This document shows, one piece after another, positions 43,329 to 52,726 of a DNA stretch of 52,839 bases (the stretch's first letter is position 1; each line of letters starts with the position of its first letter). This DNA is from an uncultured Bacilli bacterium (lineage in GTDB: Bacteria > Bacillota_I > Bacilli_A > RF39 > UBA660): assembly GCA_948497845.1 (NCBI GenBank), contig CAOOMX010000003.1, positions 1-52,839 on the forward strand, in the 5' to 3' direction. Made by a program: the position numbers and the translations under genes. The notes beneath the pieces were generated by a model. It saw nothing but the letters and a program-made list of their open reading frames with translations, did no database searches and was not told where the DNA came from.

Positions 43329-43778
43329 CTAATTTGTATCTAGTTCTAAATCTCTCTCTAGTTCTATATCTAGGGGACAAAGTTGGGACATTTGTCCTTT
43401 TTCCATTTCAATACGTTTTCGATACTCTCGTTTACGATCGGCTTCAGTAGAACTTTTACCAATCATGGATTGAATATCAGACATATAAATAGTTCCGTTT
43501 TCTAAAACTTCAATCAATCCTAAACTTTCAAATATTTTAAGGGCTTTTTCAACGTCATTGGGGTTATGACGAATTACTTTTGCTATTAGGTTAGGATTAT
43601 ATGGTATTTTATTATTAAAGAGTAAACGACCATCATTTTTTAGACTTTTAAGATATAGTTTTAAGAGTATATTAGAATAGATATACCCGTTCTCCATTGA
43701 TTCTAAAATAATCAGTTCTTCACTATCGAAGAAGTTGTCTTTTAATTTTAAATAATAGTATTTACGATTATCTGCCAT
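43329..43778 (-). CDS. Phage replisome-organizer N-terminal-domain protein
   Basis: MADNRKYYYLKLKDNFFDSEELIILESMENGYIYSNILLKLYLKSLKNDGRL matches the pattern seen in Firmicutes conjugative transposons. The call is from memory. Confidence 0.6.
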   Translation of the reverse strand: MADNRKYYYLKLKDNFFDSEELIILESMENGYIYSNILLKLYLKSLKNDGRLLFNNKIPYNPNLIAKVIRHNPNDVEKALKIFESLGLIEVLENGTIYMSDIQSMIGKSSTEADRKREYRKRIEMEKGQMSQLCPLDIELERDLELDTN

Positions 43779-44023
43779 TAGTTTTTATTCCTATGCAATT
43801 TTTCTTGAACAATAAGAAGTTTCTCATTTAATTCTACAGCTTTATTTTTAGTAGATTTTAATTCTTCTGTAATTATATCTTGTTCAATTAAAAGACGGAC
43901 ATATTCAGCACCACTAACAGACAAATCATTTGACTTATTTATTAAATGACTTTTTTGCTTTGTATTCAGTACAAATTCAAAATCTTTGTCAAAATGTTTT
44001 TTTCTCATTAGTCCTCCTCTCAA
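43778..44023 (-). CDS. Hypothetical small protein
   Basis: Tracked 81-aa ORF. ATG 44008 is an alternative start. Confidence 0.35.
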   Translation of the reverse strand: MRGGLMRKKHFDKDFEFVLNTKQKSHLINKSNDLSVSGAEYVRLLIEQDIITEELKSTKNKAVELNEKLLIVQEKLHRNKN

Positions 44024-44667
44024 TAGGGCATTTTATCAATTAGTTTTGTAGTGATAATAACTTGCTTATTTTTATTTACAGGGTCGCAAGTAGTCAAAAT
44101 AAGATTTGTTTCATCTTCTTTTTTCGATATGGTAATATTACCAGTTTTATCTTGACGTTCATTGCTCGTAACCTCATAAATATATTTGATATTTTTGTAA
44201 TAGATATAAACTTGATCTGATATTTCCAATTTATTTAGATGACGAAAGTAAGATATATTTGCACTACCCGAATGGGATGCTAAAACAAGCAAGCCATTTT
44301 CGACATCAGGCATATCCGATTTTTTTAAAATAGCAACATTTTTATTGATATTATTGTTTTTGTCATCAATGGAAAGCAAACCACGTTTTAAGTTGATTTT
44401 AGGTATTTCTAAAACAGCTATGTAGTTATAACTACTCTTTGGAGTAGAGGGTATTTCTTGTTTATTTTCTGTTTCATTATTTGTATTATCAAAACTATCT
44501 TCTTGAATATTAAAAAATTCTTGAATAGAATTATTTTCTAATTGTTTAATGGAATAATTATGATAGATTTTAAAACAAATAAAACCAAAACCCAAAAAAA
44601 TAAGTAAAAAGCCGACTACAGAGAGTAATCGACTTAATATTTTATTTTTGTTTTTTCTTTTTTTCAT
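44020..44667 (-). CDS. Sortase (transpeptidase) dedicated to the adjacent adhesin
   Basis: N-terminal TM anchor, His motif LVLASHSG and Cys motif LILTTCDP. ATG 44667 is preferred over the tracked 44706 start. Confidence 0.7.
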   Translation of the reverse strand: MKKRKNKNKILSRLLSVVGFLLIFLGFGFICFKIYHNYSIKQLENNSIQEFFNIQEDSFDNTNNETENKQEIPSTPKSSYNYIAVLEIPKINLKRGLLSIDDKNNNINKNVAILKKSDMPDVENGLLVLASHSGSANISYFRHLNKLEISDQVYIYYKNIKYIYEVTSNERQDKTGNITISKKEDETNLILTTCDPVNKNKQVIITTKLIDKMPY

Positions 44668-47413
44668 AGATAACGATTCCGATTCCACCAAGAATAGCAA
44701 GACCACTTAATACATACATTAAGTCAATACCGTTAATTCCTGTGTTAGGTACAGAGTAATTTACAAGTGTAGATTCAATTACTGCACCATTTTCAGTAAC
44801 AGAGAAAAATACTTTTTCATCATTAAGGTTATAACCTAAAATTGTTTCCAATTCTTTGTAGTAGTAAGAGTTATATTCAAGTTCTAATTCAATATCGCCA
44901 AATTTATTGGTATAGTATTTTCCGATTAAATTATCCTCTAAATCAAAAATACCAATTAAAACTCCTGCTAGAGGAGTACCGTTTTCATCAACTTTATGAA
45001 TTTTAACTATAGATTTAATTTTTTCATTTATCATAGTAGATTTGATGATTTCTCCATCTTCTTTGATTTCAAATTCCATAGGTTCATCATTAAGAATATA
45101 ACCCTCTGGTGCTTCGGATTCAAAAAGTACAAATTTTGAAACAAATAGGTCTTTGATAATGATTCTTCCAAATTCGTCTGTCTTACCTTTAAAAATAAGT
45201 CTTTGTTCCTCATTTTCATTATTTGTATAGATAGTAATTGTTGTATTTGGAAGAGGATTACCTGCAACGTCTGTCTTTGTAAATTCAAAATCTCCTTTTT
45301 TTAGATAGTTTTTAAGAGTTAAAGTATATGTAACGGTTTTTGTATATTGATCTTCGTATTCTAATTCAAAGCAATGTTTAGAAGAATCTACAACGTGATT
45401 TCCAACACTTGCACGTTCAATCAAACAGTATTTTCCTAAATACATATTACTTAATTTGTAAAAACCATTTTCAGTATAGAAAGAAGTAACAAGTTCTTTA
45501 TCTTTATAGATTAAAGTACCATCTTGTGAATAAATATCGCCATCAGCATATAACTCATAATATACACCATCTAGCTCAATCTCCTCGTAATGGAAACCGT
45601 TTTCATCAAAGACAATTTGTTCGCCAATTTTATTTACGATAATTTCTCCTTTGACTTGTTCATTAGCAAATTTTACTTCTAATAAAACACCTAGTTCCTC
45701 ATCATTTGTAAATTTAGAATTTTCGCCAATCTCAAAAATTAAAGGTTCGCTATTCCAAAGATAACCGTCGATTTTTTGATTCTCAACTTCCTCTAGGGCA
45801 TAACGTCCACATGAAAGAGGATAAGGAGTTATAATTATACCGTTTTTATCCATCTCAAAAGTATCAAGAGTTTGTGCTGTAGGATAAGTAATAGTTTGCT
45901 TAATGTATTCTCCTGTAGATAAATCTTTAATTCTAAATTTTAATCCCTCACGGATAATAACTTTTTGAGAATCTTTATCAATTTTTACAACTTTTAATCT
46001 TGCTGTAATAGGAGCATTAGATAAAATTTGATAATATGGATTTTCTGTATTTTCATTTACGTTAATCTCAAAGTCGTCAACTTTTTCATAGTTTGGAGTT
46101 GTGTTTTTTTGATGAACACGATATTTTCCATAAGGTAAATTTACTTTTAAACTACCTTTTGAATTTGTCTTGCCTGTAGTATATAATTTACCACTAGAAA
46201 TTAGGTAAAATTCAAATTCGATATTTGGCTCTCCTGTAAGAATTGCTGTTGATCCATTGGCATAGACTTTAAATAATTCAACGTCAACGTCAATAACGTC
46301 CTCATATAGTTTTAATGTAGGATATAGATTATCTGCTGTTAATTCAAACCAATGGATAGATTCGTCAAGTCGATAGCCTTTTCCTGCAATTTCTTCTTTT
46401 AGATAGAAACGACCTAGTGATGGTAAATAATCACTTGTACCTTTGTTATCATTTCCAATAGTAACTTGTCCAACACGGACGTTTTGTTCATTGTACACAC
46501 CATACACAGAACCTATCATTTGGGCATCTCCTAAGGGAGTATAGCTCATAGTACGAGAATCTAGTTTTTCGCCTGTGATTTTTCCTCCTAAAACGTTTAT
46601 GTTAATGTCATTTTCGATAGGATCATAACTACCAACCTGAACAACGTTTTGTGTATCAGGCTTTACATAAACGATAGTAGGATGAGAATACTTTACATCT
46701 CTTTTAGATAATGAAATATTTGTATTACCAACTGCATTTGCTTGTAAATATAAATCATTACCATTTTTACTAGAAGTGATAAGAGAATTTGATGATACAT
46801 TGTATTCTGATAATACACCGTTTCTATCAGTTAATTTCAATGTTTGACCGATGACTGTTTCAAAATTTGTTCCTCCAAAATCGGGAGTAGTATAATGCTT
46901 ACTTAATAAGGCTTCCATTTCTGCCATTTCACTTGTGTATTTAGTAATTCGGTTACCATTTAAACTGTCGGTAAAATAAATATCGTATCCATGAGGTACA
47001 GTTTGCCATATCATAAATTGGGTAACAGAATACCATTTTAAATCAGTATGATTTACTTGTGAATCACTATAACCATATCCATAATAAGCTAATAGCTGAA
47101 TACGTCGCCATTGAGCTTGTGTCATGTTAGCAACGTAAGACTGATCGTAATCTTGTCCTGTATAAACCTGATTACTGTCTAAAGGCACACCTGGTTCGAT
47201 ACAATAAACAAATTGATTATCACTTTTTCTTGCTATTACACTTAATTGTTGGTATTTCGTGTTACTTCCTTTTTGTTTGCTTATCCAAGTTTGAGGTATC
47301 CACTTATACTTATCGTTAAATGATTCTTGATATGTTTGTGCTTTTACATTTAAAGTAGGACATACTGCTATAAGTCCAAATAAAAGCAATAAATATTTTA
47401 ATTTCTTTTTCAA
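44642..47413 (-). CDS. Cell-wall-anchored adhesin: N-terminal thioester-like domain + SpaA/CnaB-type repeats + VPNTG sorting signal
   Basis: It has a signal peptide. The Cys motif FVYCIEPGVPL and Gln motif VTQFMIWQ fit a TQXA-type thioester domain. Several prealbumin-like repeats are present (…FESEAPEGYILNDEPMEFEI…). The C-terminus is SVPNTG plus a TM helix plus KKKKQK. Confidence 0.7.
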   Translation of the reverse strand: MKKKLKYLLLLFGLIAVCPTLNVKAQTYQESFNDKYKWIPQTWISKQKGSNTKYQQLSVIARKSDNQFVYCIEPGVPLDSNQVYTGQDYDQSYVANMTQAQWRRIQLLAYYGYGYSDSQVNHTDLKWYSVTQFMIWQTVPHGYDIYFTDSLNGNRITKYTSEMAEMEALLSKHYTTPDFGGTNFETVIGQTLKLTDRNGVLSEYNVSSNSLITSSKNGNDLYLQANAVGNTNISLSKRDVKYSHPTIVYVKPDTQNVVQVGSYDPIENDININVLGGKITGEKLDSRTMSYTPLGDAQMIGSVYGVYNEQNVRVGQVTIGNDNKGTSDYLPSLGRFYLKEEIAGKGYRLDESIHWFELTADNLYPTLKLYEDVIDVDVELFKVYANGSTAILTGEPNIEFEFYLISSGKLYTTGKTNSKGSLKVNLPYGKYRVHQKNTTPNYEKVDDFEINVNENTENPYYQILSNAPITARLKVVKIDKDSQKVIIREGLKFRIKDLSTGEYIKQTITYPTAQTLDTFEMDKNGIIITPYPLSCGRYALEEVENQKIDGYLWNSEPLIFEIGENSKFTNDEELGVLLEVKFANEQVKGEIIVNKIGEQIVFDENGFHYEEIELDGVYYELYADGDIYSQDGTLIYKDKELVTSFYTENGFYKLSNMYLGKYCLIERASVGNHVVDSSKHCFELEYEDQYTKTVTYTLTLKNYLKKGDFEFTKTDVAGNPLPNTTITIYTNNENEEQRLIFKGKTDEFGRIIIKDLFVSKFVLFESEAPEGYILNDEPMEFEIKEDGEIIKSTMINEKIKSIVKIHKVDENGTPLAGVLIGIFDLEDNLIGKYYTNKFGDIELELEYNSYYYKELETILGYNLNDEKVFFSVTENGAVIESTLVNYSVPNTGINGIDLMYVLSGLAILGGIGIVIYEKKKKQK

Positions 47414-47456
47414 TAAAATTCCTCCTTTTAAATTTATAACATAAAAAAATTACCCG

Positions 47457-48101
47457 TTAGGGTAATGGTATTGTATGAAAGTCGTACTCTGTTCCTGTAT
47501 TCCTTTCATAAATCGTAAGCATATAATAAGTAGTTAAACAATCATCTTGGTAATGATCGCAAAAATAACCATAACCTGCCTTTTTGTATAGTTCTCCTTT
47601 AGCATCACATTCGGCTTTTGTATTAAAATCAGCTCGAACATAACTCATATCAAACTTTTTAGGTGTACATTTTGGAGTTTCTACAACGGGTGTAGTTTCC
47701 TTTGGTGGTGTACTTGGAGTTGTAGGTGTTGAATCAGGTTGTTTTTCTTCTACAATAGAATTTTGTTCTGTGTTACTCTCATTGCTTTTTGTAACAGTTG
47801 TTTCGTGAGAAAGTACTTCTTGTTTAGCGACTGTACTATTTTCTTCTGATTCCTTATTTGAAGTAGTAGAAGAAGTTTCTTCTTTCACGTCATTTTTGTT
47901 TTGATTGTCATCCTCTATAGTAGTGGATTCGTTATCTTCTTTTGAATTATCTTCATTGTCATTGAGAGAATCTCTATTTTCTTGATTAGAAGTGATTTTT
48001 TCTTTCAAGAAATTTCTACTAGAGTTTGGTAAAAGGCAAAGTGATACAGTGCCTATAAATAAAAACAATGTTAAACTAATAAATAAAATTTTCTTTTTCA
48101 A
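47457..48101 (-). CDS. Secreted protein with a low-complexity acidic/Ser-Thr region and a Cys-containing C-terminal domain
   Basis: TTG start 8 nt after AGAGGTG, followed by a signal/anchor helix. Confidence 0.5.
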   Translation of the reverse strand: MKKKILFISLTLFLFIGTVSLCLLPNSSRNFLKEKITSNQENRDSLNDNEDNSKEDNESTTIEDDNQNKNDVKEETSSTTSNKESEENSTVAKQEVLSHETTVTKSNESNTEQNSIVEEKQPDSTPTTPSTPPKETTPVVETPKCTPKKFDMSYVRADFNTKAECDAKGELYKKAGYGYFCDHYQDDCLTTYYMLTIYERNTGTEYDFHTIPLP

Positions 48102-48200
48102 TACAATGCACCTCTTTCTTGCCTAAACTTTAACACTAGTAATTTTTTTTGTCAAATGTGCAGAATTATCCCATAAAATACCTCCGTTTCATAGCCCATA

Positions 48201-48659
48201 TTAAAAGTTATTGATATACTTATCCAATCCTAAAATAATACAAAATTTAACAATCGTAGATTTTTTTAAGCGATCATATTGGTATTGGTGTAAAATCATA
48301 GAATCTTGAATAAAAGTTTTTTTCTCTTTATTGATAAAACAACGTACAAACAATTCTTTTTCTTCTTTGGATAGTTTGTTTAAAGCATTTGGATATTTTT
48401 CTATTAAATCCCTCAATTTATCTTTGCTGTCATACTCATAAATCATAAATGTTTCAATTTTTGATGAAACATTACGACTACTAGAGCTACCAGCAAGCTC
48501 CACTTCATAAGTAGGTGTAATTCGGATATAGTAATCTTTTTCATCCAAAATTAGAGATGCTGTTTCTACCAATTCCAAGAAAGCCTTAATTATTTCTTCT
48601 AGTTTTTTTACATCAAATTGATTTACAATAAAATCAGATAAGACACGTTCACTTTTCAT
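48201..48659 (-). CDS. ArpU/sigma-70 region-4-like transcriptional regulator (tentative)
   Basis: 152 aa. The C-terminus LSKEEKELFVRCFINKEKKTFIQDSMILHQYQYDRLKKSTIVKF resembles a sigma region 4 HTH. Confidence 0.3.
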   Translation of the reverse strand: MKSERVLSDFIVNQFDVKKLEEIIKAFLELVETASLILDEKDYYIRITPTYEVELAGSSSSRNVSSKIETFMIYEYDSKDKLRDLIEKYPNALNKLSKEEKELFVRCFINKEKKTFIQDSMILHQYQYDRLKKSTIVKFCIILGLDKYINNF

Positions 48660-49038
48660 AAAATTTCCCCCTTAACAATGAAAAAAGAGTAATAGACCTA
48701 CTAACACAAATGTCAGTTTAGACTACCACTCTTGAACAGAATAGAACACGCAAATAAGTTTTTTACTAATTGAATAAAATAATTCAAAAATAGTATTACT
48801 ATAAATAGTGAAGTATTGCATATTCTATCATCCCCAAACACATCTTTCAAAACTTGAAAAATATGTTAGCACTTAATAGCGAAAAAAACTATTCCCCATT
48901 TGTAGGGAATAGTCCGTTTTCAATAAGCATTGGGCTTTTGCTTATAGTTTTCACTATTGTAAACATTATAACACCGATTTTTGAAATACCAATACCTAAA
49001 AAAAATATAAATAAAATATAAATAAAATATAAAAAAGT

Positions 49039-49284
49039 TTAGTGATGTATTTTTACATACTTTATAATATCACTTGAATCACAATGTAGAGCTGTACAAA
49101 TACGAGCTAAATTAGTTAAATCTATACGATAGATTTTATTATTACAATAGCGATAAATAGTATCGAATTTTATGCCTGTTAATTTACTCAAACGATAAGG
49201 TGTAATTTTCTTTTCCTTTAATAATGGTTTTAAATCAATTATCATTTGTCCATAATTTGTATCTATAAACTCTGTTTCAATCAT
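49039..49284 (-). CDS. XRE-family HTH regulator
   Basis: KITPYRLSKLTGIKFDTIYRYCNNK...LTNLARICTAL. Confidence 0.55.
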   Translation of the reverse strand: MIETEFIDTNYGQMIIDLKPLLKEKKITPYRLSKLTGIKFDTIYRYCNNKIYRIDLTNLARICTALHCDSSDIIKYVKIHH

Positions 49285-49466
49285 AATATATTATTCCTCC
49301 ATTAAATAAAATATGAATTTTATTCAACGAAAAAGGTAGCATTGATATAGACCAAATACTACCATCTATATATTATTACAGCTTGTTGCTTACCAATCAT
49401 TGACAAGAATAATTATATCATGAATTTAATAAAAATTGACAAAATGCGAGCATTATTTTTAATACT

Positions 49467-49868
49467 TTACAAATTATTTAGTATATATAGTGATAAAGAA
49501 CTTATATCCATTGTTTGGATACTATTTTTTAAATGATTAAAATATTCTGTAGCATTTTCTAAAGATTCATATTCTTTTAAAAATACATTAGAATAAGTAA
49601 AATCGGTATCAAATATTATAAGACTAACAACAAAATTATTTTTTGATTTTTTGATTAAAGTAGCAAAGGTAATATTTTCTTTTCGTTCCTCATATTGATT
49701 CACAAGTTTTTCATTGAGCATTTTATCAATTTCTTTTTGATCGGATGCAACACTAAATTTCGTTATTAAAGATTGTAGTTTTTTTTCAGTTTCCGTTAAG
49801 TTTTGAATAGGAGTATTTTCTGACAAATTAGACATTAGTTTTTCTTTTAAAGCTAAATAGTTATTCAT
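49467..49868 (-). CDS. Hypothetical protein
   Basis: Tracked 133-aa ORF. A TGTTATAAT-type promoter lies upstream on the minus strand near 49895. Confidence 0.4.
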   Translation of the reverse strand: MNNYLALKEKLMSNLSENTPIQNLTETEKKLQSLITKFSVASDQKEIDKMLNEKLVNQYEERKENITFATLIKKSKNNFVVSLIIFDTDFTYSNVFLKEYESLENATEYFNHLKNSIQTMDISSLSLYILNNL

Positions 49869-49948
49869 AGATTTTTTTCCTCACTTTTATATGATAGATA
49901 TTATAACATTTAATGAGTAAATAACAATACCCCAGTTTTTGGTAATAT

Positions 49949-50383
49949 CTATTCTTTATCACATAATTTGTCTAAATCAATATCAAAGAAATCAGCAAGT
50001 AAAATTAAACGATCGATGGGAATTCTAGTTTGACCTTTAAAATAACTGTAGCAAGTAGATTTCGCACACTCTATATAAGTGGCTATTGTATCATAACTAG
50101 CTTTTCGAGAAGTTTTAAAATTATTTAAAGTTTTTAACATTTTATCATAATTCATTTTCTTTATTTTGACATCATGATTGTTACATTGTTTATCAACTCC
50201 TAATACATAAGATAAACGAACATTGTAGTATACAGATAATTGGTCGGCATATTCTAATGGAATCATTACTATACCTAGTTCCCAATTCTTATAATTATTG
50301 CGATTAAAATTTAATTCTTCTGATAATTCTTTCTGTGAAATTTCACGTTCATTTCTTAACTTTTTTAAATTATTTAAGTACAT
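49949..50383 (-). CDS. HTH regulator with two XRE-like halves
   Basis: The halves are ISQKELSEELNFNRNNYKNWELG and SYDTIATYIECAKSTCYSYFKG. ATG 50383 lies 5 nt after AGGTGG. The tracked GTG 50392 sits inside the SD. Confidence 0.5.
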   Translation of the reverse strand: MYLNNLKKLRNEREISQKELSEELNFNRNNYKNWELGIVMIPLEYADQLSVYYNVRLSYVLGVDKQCNNHDVKIKKMNYDKMLKTLNNFKTSRKASYDTIATYIECAKSTCYSYFKGQTRIPIDRLILLADFFDIDLDKLCDKE

Positions 50384-50475
50384 AAAAACCACCTATATTA
50401 TTTTCTCATTTAATGTAGGTGGCAAAACTTTTTGTCCAATCAGTCGAACAAACTTATTCAACTTTTAAAGTTTTA

Positions 50476-50484
50476 TGTTATAAT
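50476..50484 (+). promoter_or_regulatory. Plus-strand extended -10 promoter (TGTTATAAT) reading antisense through the repressor gene toward the cargo operon
   Basis: The 13-mer TATGTTATAATAG is identical to the ICE cassette promoter core. Confidence 0.45.
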
Positions 50485-50504
50485 AGAACAAGAAGTAGAG
50501 TAAA

Positions 50505-50756
50505 TTACTTCTTGTTCATATCGATTCGCCTAGGGAGTTTCGTGTCTTTAGCCTTTACAAATAACTGAAAAGGCTCTATACCTAAACTTTCACATAGCAA
50601 CTCCATTTTATCAAAGTCGAAACTGTGCATACCTCGTTCAATTTCACTTAAATAAGTTGGCGATATATCAATTTTTTCAGCAAGTTTTGCTTGGGTGTAA
50701 TTTTTAAGAAATCTGTAATATTTTACATTTTTACCAAAAGTACGTCGAATATACAC
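50505..50756 (-). CDS. XRE-family HTH repressor-like protein, divergent from the cargo operon
   Basis: GTG start 6 nt after GAGGTGA. HTH sequence YTQAKLAEKIDISPTYLSEIERG. Confidence 0.65.
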   Translation of the reverse strand: MYIRRTFGKNVKYYRFLKNYTQAKLAEKIDISPTYLSEIERGMHSFDFDKMELLCESLGIEPFQLFVKAKDTKLPRRIDMNKK

Positions 50757-50787
50757 CGTATCACCTCATCTACTAATATGATACGGT
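50755..50787. promoter_or_regulatory. Perfect 9-bp inverted repeat (ACCGTATCA-N15-TGATACGGT) over the repressor start and SD
   Basis: Read directly from the sequence. It may be a candidate operator or an RNA hairpin that sequesters the SD. Confidence 0.35.
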
Positions 50788-50976
50788 TTTTCTTTAAAAT
50801 ACTAAACAAGCTCAAAACGTAGAACTTTAATTGATGATATGAAGAAATTACACGTGAATATCAATAAAAATAAGACTATAAGGCTTATTAACTACTAATA
50901 TTCACAACGAAATATAAAAAAGAAAGGAAGTGAACAATGCTTTAAGAAAGAAGTAAAAGAATTAAGGCAAACTATT

Positions 50977-51288
50977 ATGTTGGATGAACGTAAAATAATG
51001 CAAGAACAGTTAAACATTTTCATTAAGGATTTAGAAACTATCGAAAGCTATTACAAAGATGGTTATTCTATTCTCTGGGATATACTCAAATGTAATTTAA
51101 CTGTTACGTACAATAACAATAAATATGTAGTTAGTCTTGTTATAAAAGATAATCAATGTTATTGGCATCTAGTACCATATAATCACTCTTTTTTTGAAAC
51201 AGCTATAGAAGATGGAATTTGCAACCTTAATTATGTCCTGTTTGCCATTAAAGAAAATGAAATGCTGTATAACAAGAAAGGAAACTAA
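50977..51288 (+). CDS. Hypothetical protein (cargo operon gene 1)
   Basis: Tracked 103-aa ORF. Confidence 0.45.
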   Translation: MLDERKIMQEQLNIFIKDLETIESYYKDGYSILWDILKCNLTVTYNNNKYVVSLVIKDNQCYWHLVPYNHSFFETAIEDGICNLNYVLFAIKENEMLYNKKGN

Positions 51289-51291
51289 AAA

Positions 51292-51507
51292 ATGAATAAT
51301 AACGATATTAACAAAAAAAATGTAGTACCTGATTCTGATAGCAAAGATAAGCCCAACTGCTTTGCTTGGATTTCAAAAAGCAAATGTAATGCTTTATGTA
51401 TTAAGGATTGTAAAAATTGTAGTTTTTATAGGCATTACAGCGAAGTACCTAATTATGATAAGTATATTAGCAAAGATGACTTAAAAGAAAGGAGTAAATA
51501 CAGATGA
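51292..51507 (+). CDS. Small Cys-rich protein (cargo operon gene 2)
   Basis: 71 aa with the pattern C-x9-C-x3-C-x3-C-x2-C (CFAWISKSKCNALCIKDCKNC). It overlaps gene 3 by ATGA. Confidence 0.45.
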   Translation: MNNNDINKKNVVPDSDSKDKPNCFAWISKSKCNALCIKDCKNCSFYRHYSEVPNYDKYISKDDLKERSKYR

Positions 51508-52238
51508 CTGTAGATTCTAAAAGAGAACTTTTACGTTACAAATTATTAGATCAAAGATACGATTATGATATGGAAATTTACACACTCCTTAATAGTGGTA
51601 AAATGGATGACATAATTTCTAAAATAAGTGATTCCTCTTTTTCTTTTGGAATAGAGCCTATTGATGGAGAATATACGGTTAAACATTTTTTAAATTTTAT
51701 GGAATTGTTTGTTAAAATTATGAAATCTTATTTTTTTAATGCTTACTCTATAAGTAATTTAATGAGTGAAATTATTAGAAATTGCAAAACCGAATTAGAA
51801 GATTTTTTTAGTGTTAAAACTAATGAATATGAATTGTATAAAATTTATGAGAATAAATTAGTTTTAGAAAAATTATACAAACTAATTATAAGCAACTTTA
51901 TTAAAAATGCTGAATATATTCCGTTAATTGAAAATGTATTAAATGATAATGGAATCGTACTTAAACGAGTAAATGATTATGATTATAGCGAAAGTAAAAG
52001 AATATTAAATGTATTATCTGATATTGTTTTTTGTCAAAGAGGTCATGGTAAAATTATAGAATTATTTGAGAATATAGAATTTAATTTACAGAGCCATTTA
52101 AAATCGAAGAAAAATGGCAAAACAAAACACACTATTGAATATCACAAAGAAAAGTTTTTGAAAAAACGTATTGGTAATTATGAAAAAATGTTCAAAAGTT
52201 ATGAAAATAAAAAAAAGTATTTAAAATACTTCATTTAG
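51504..52238 (+). CDS. Hypothetical helical protein (cargo operon gene 3)
   Basis: Tracked 244-aa ORF. No motif recognised. Confidence 0.45.
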   Translation: MTVDSKRELLRYKLLDQRYDYDMEIYTLLNSGKMDDIISKISDSSFSFGIEPIDGEYTVKHFLNFMELFVKIMKSYFFNAYSISNLMSEIIRNCKTELEDFFSVKTNEYELYKIYENKLVLEKLYKLIISNFIKNAEYIPLIENVLNDNGIVLKRVNDYDYSESKRILNVLSDIVFCQRGHGKIIELFENIEFNLQSHLKSKKNGKTKHTIEYHKEKFLKKRIGNYEKMFKSYENKKKYLKYFI

Positions 52239-52254
52239 AAAGGTAATATTAAAT

Positions 52255-52515
52255 ATGAATATGCTTGATCTTATTAAAAAGAAAAAATCAATAGATGATT
52301 CTACTATTATTATAAAAAATAATGAAATTCCTTACGAAGAAATAAAGGATAAGAAAAAAGTAACCTTTGTAATTGCTTCAAGTGATAAAAAAGTAATACA
52401 AACTACTTGCCAATTGATTATAAATTATGAAAAAGAAAATCCTGATAAAGAAATTACTGTTTTCTTATCAAGTAGTTATGAAACAGTAGATAGAATTGCA
52501 AAAGGTATTATTTAA
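52255..52515 (+). CDS. Hypothetical protein (cargo operon gene 4)
   Basis: Tracked 86-aa ORF. Confidence 0.45.
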   Translation: MNMLDLIKKKKSIDDSTIIIKNNEIPYEEIKDKKKVTFVIASSDKKVIQTTCQLIINYEKENPDKEITVFLSSSYETVDRIAKGII

Positions 52516-52526
52516 TAATTTGAAAT

Positions 52527-52557
52527 AACAACTGCTAGTATATGGGTTGTTTTTTTA
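52527..52557 (+). terminator. Terminator of the cargo operon
   Basis: AACAAC (52527..52532) pairs with GTTGTT (52546..52551), followed by a T-run. Confidence 0.45.
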
Positions 52558-52621
52558 TTCGTCTAAATATATATAAATAAGGAAAGATAAATCTATTAAA
52601 GTCTAAATAAATATAAAAAAA

Positions 52622-52642
52622 TTGCACCGATTTTGCACCGAA
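52622..52642 (+). repeat. Two direct TTGCACCGA(T/A) repeats (arm-type sites, right end)
   Basis: Copies at 52622..52631 and 52633..52642, in the same orientation as the three copies at 18595..18643. Confidence 0.6.
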
Positions 52643-52644
52643 AC

Positions 52645-52672
52645 ATAAAAAAAAGCATTTACGATAAATGCT
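52645..52672 (-). terminator. Element-encoded terminator facing the host tRNA promoter
   Basis: On the minus strand, AGCATTTA-TCG-TAAATGCT followed by TTTTTTTT, about 55 nt after the truncated 5' tRNA half. Confidence 0.65.
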
Positions 52673-52726
52673 TAAACCCTTATAAATAAAGGAATTTTAT
52701 ATAGAAACTCTTTGAGTAGAGCAACG

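Noticed and set aside
5509-45288. Other short nested ORFs from the track: 5509..5703, 10805..11065, 14668..14853, 25230..25478, 27263..27463, 28714..28905, 29581..29775, 32193..32414, 34829..35044, 35814..36092, 36760..36954, 37606..37893, 39916..40281 and 45031..45288.
   Set aside because: Each lies antisense or out of frame within a longer gene that has recognisable motifs or operon context. Their compositions are typical of AT-rich antisense frames.
49005-49033. An 11-bp tandem repeat ATATAAATAAA (about 2.5 copies) downstream of the 49039 gene.
   Set aside because: It is a very short A/T low-complexity tract in an AT-rich intergenic region. It may cause some DNA curvature, but there is no evidence of function.
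50937-50945. A two-codon mini-ORF (ATG CTT TAA) behind a strong SD (AAAGGAAGTGA), upstream of the cargo operon.
   Set aside because: It is too short to evaluate. It could be a leader or a chance occurrence, and nothing else in the sequence supports attenuation.
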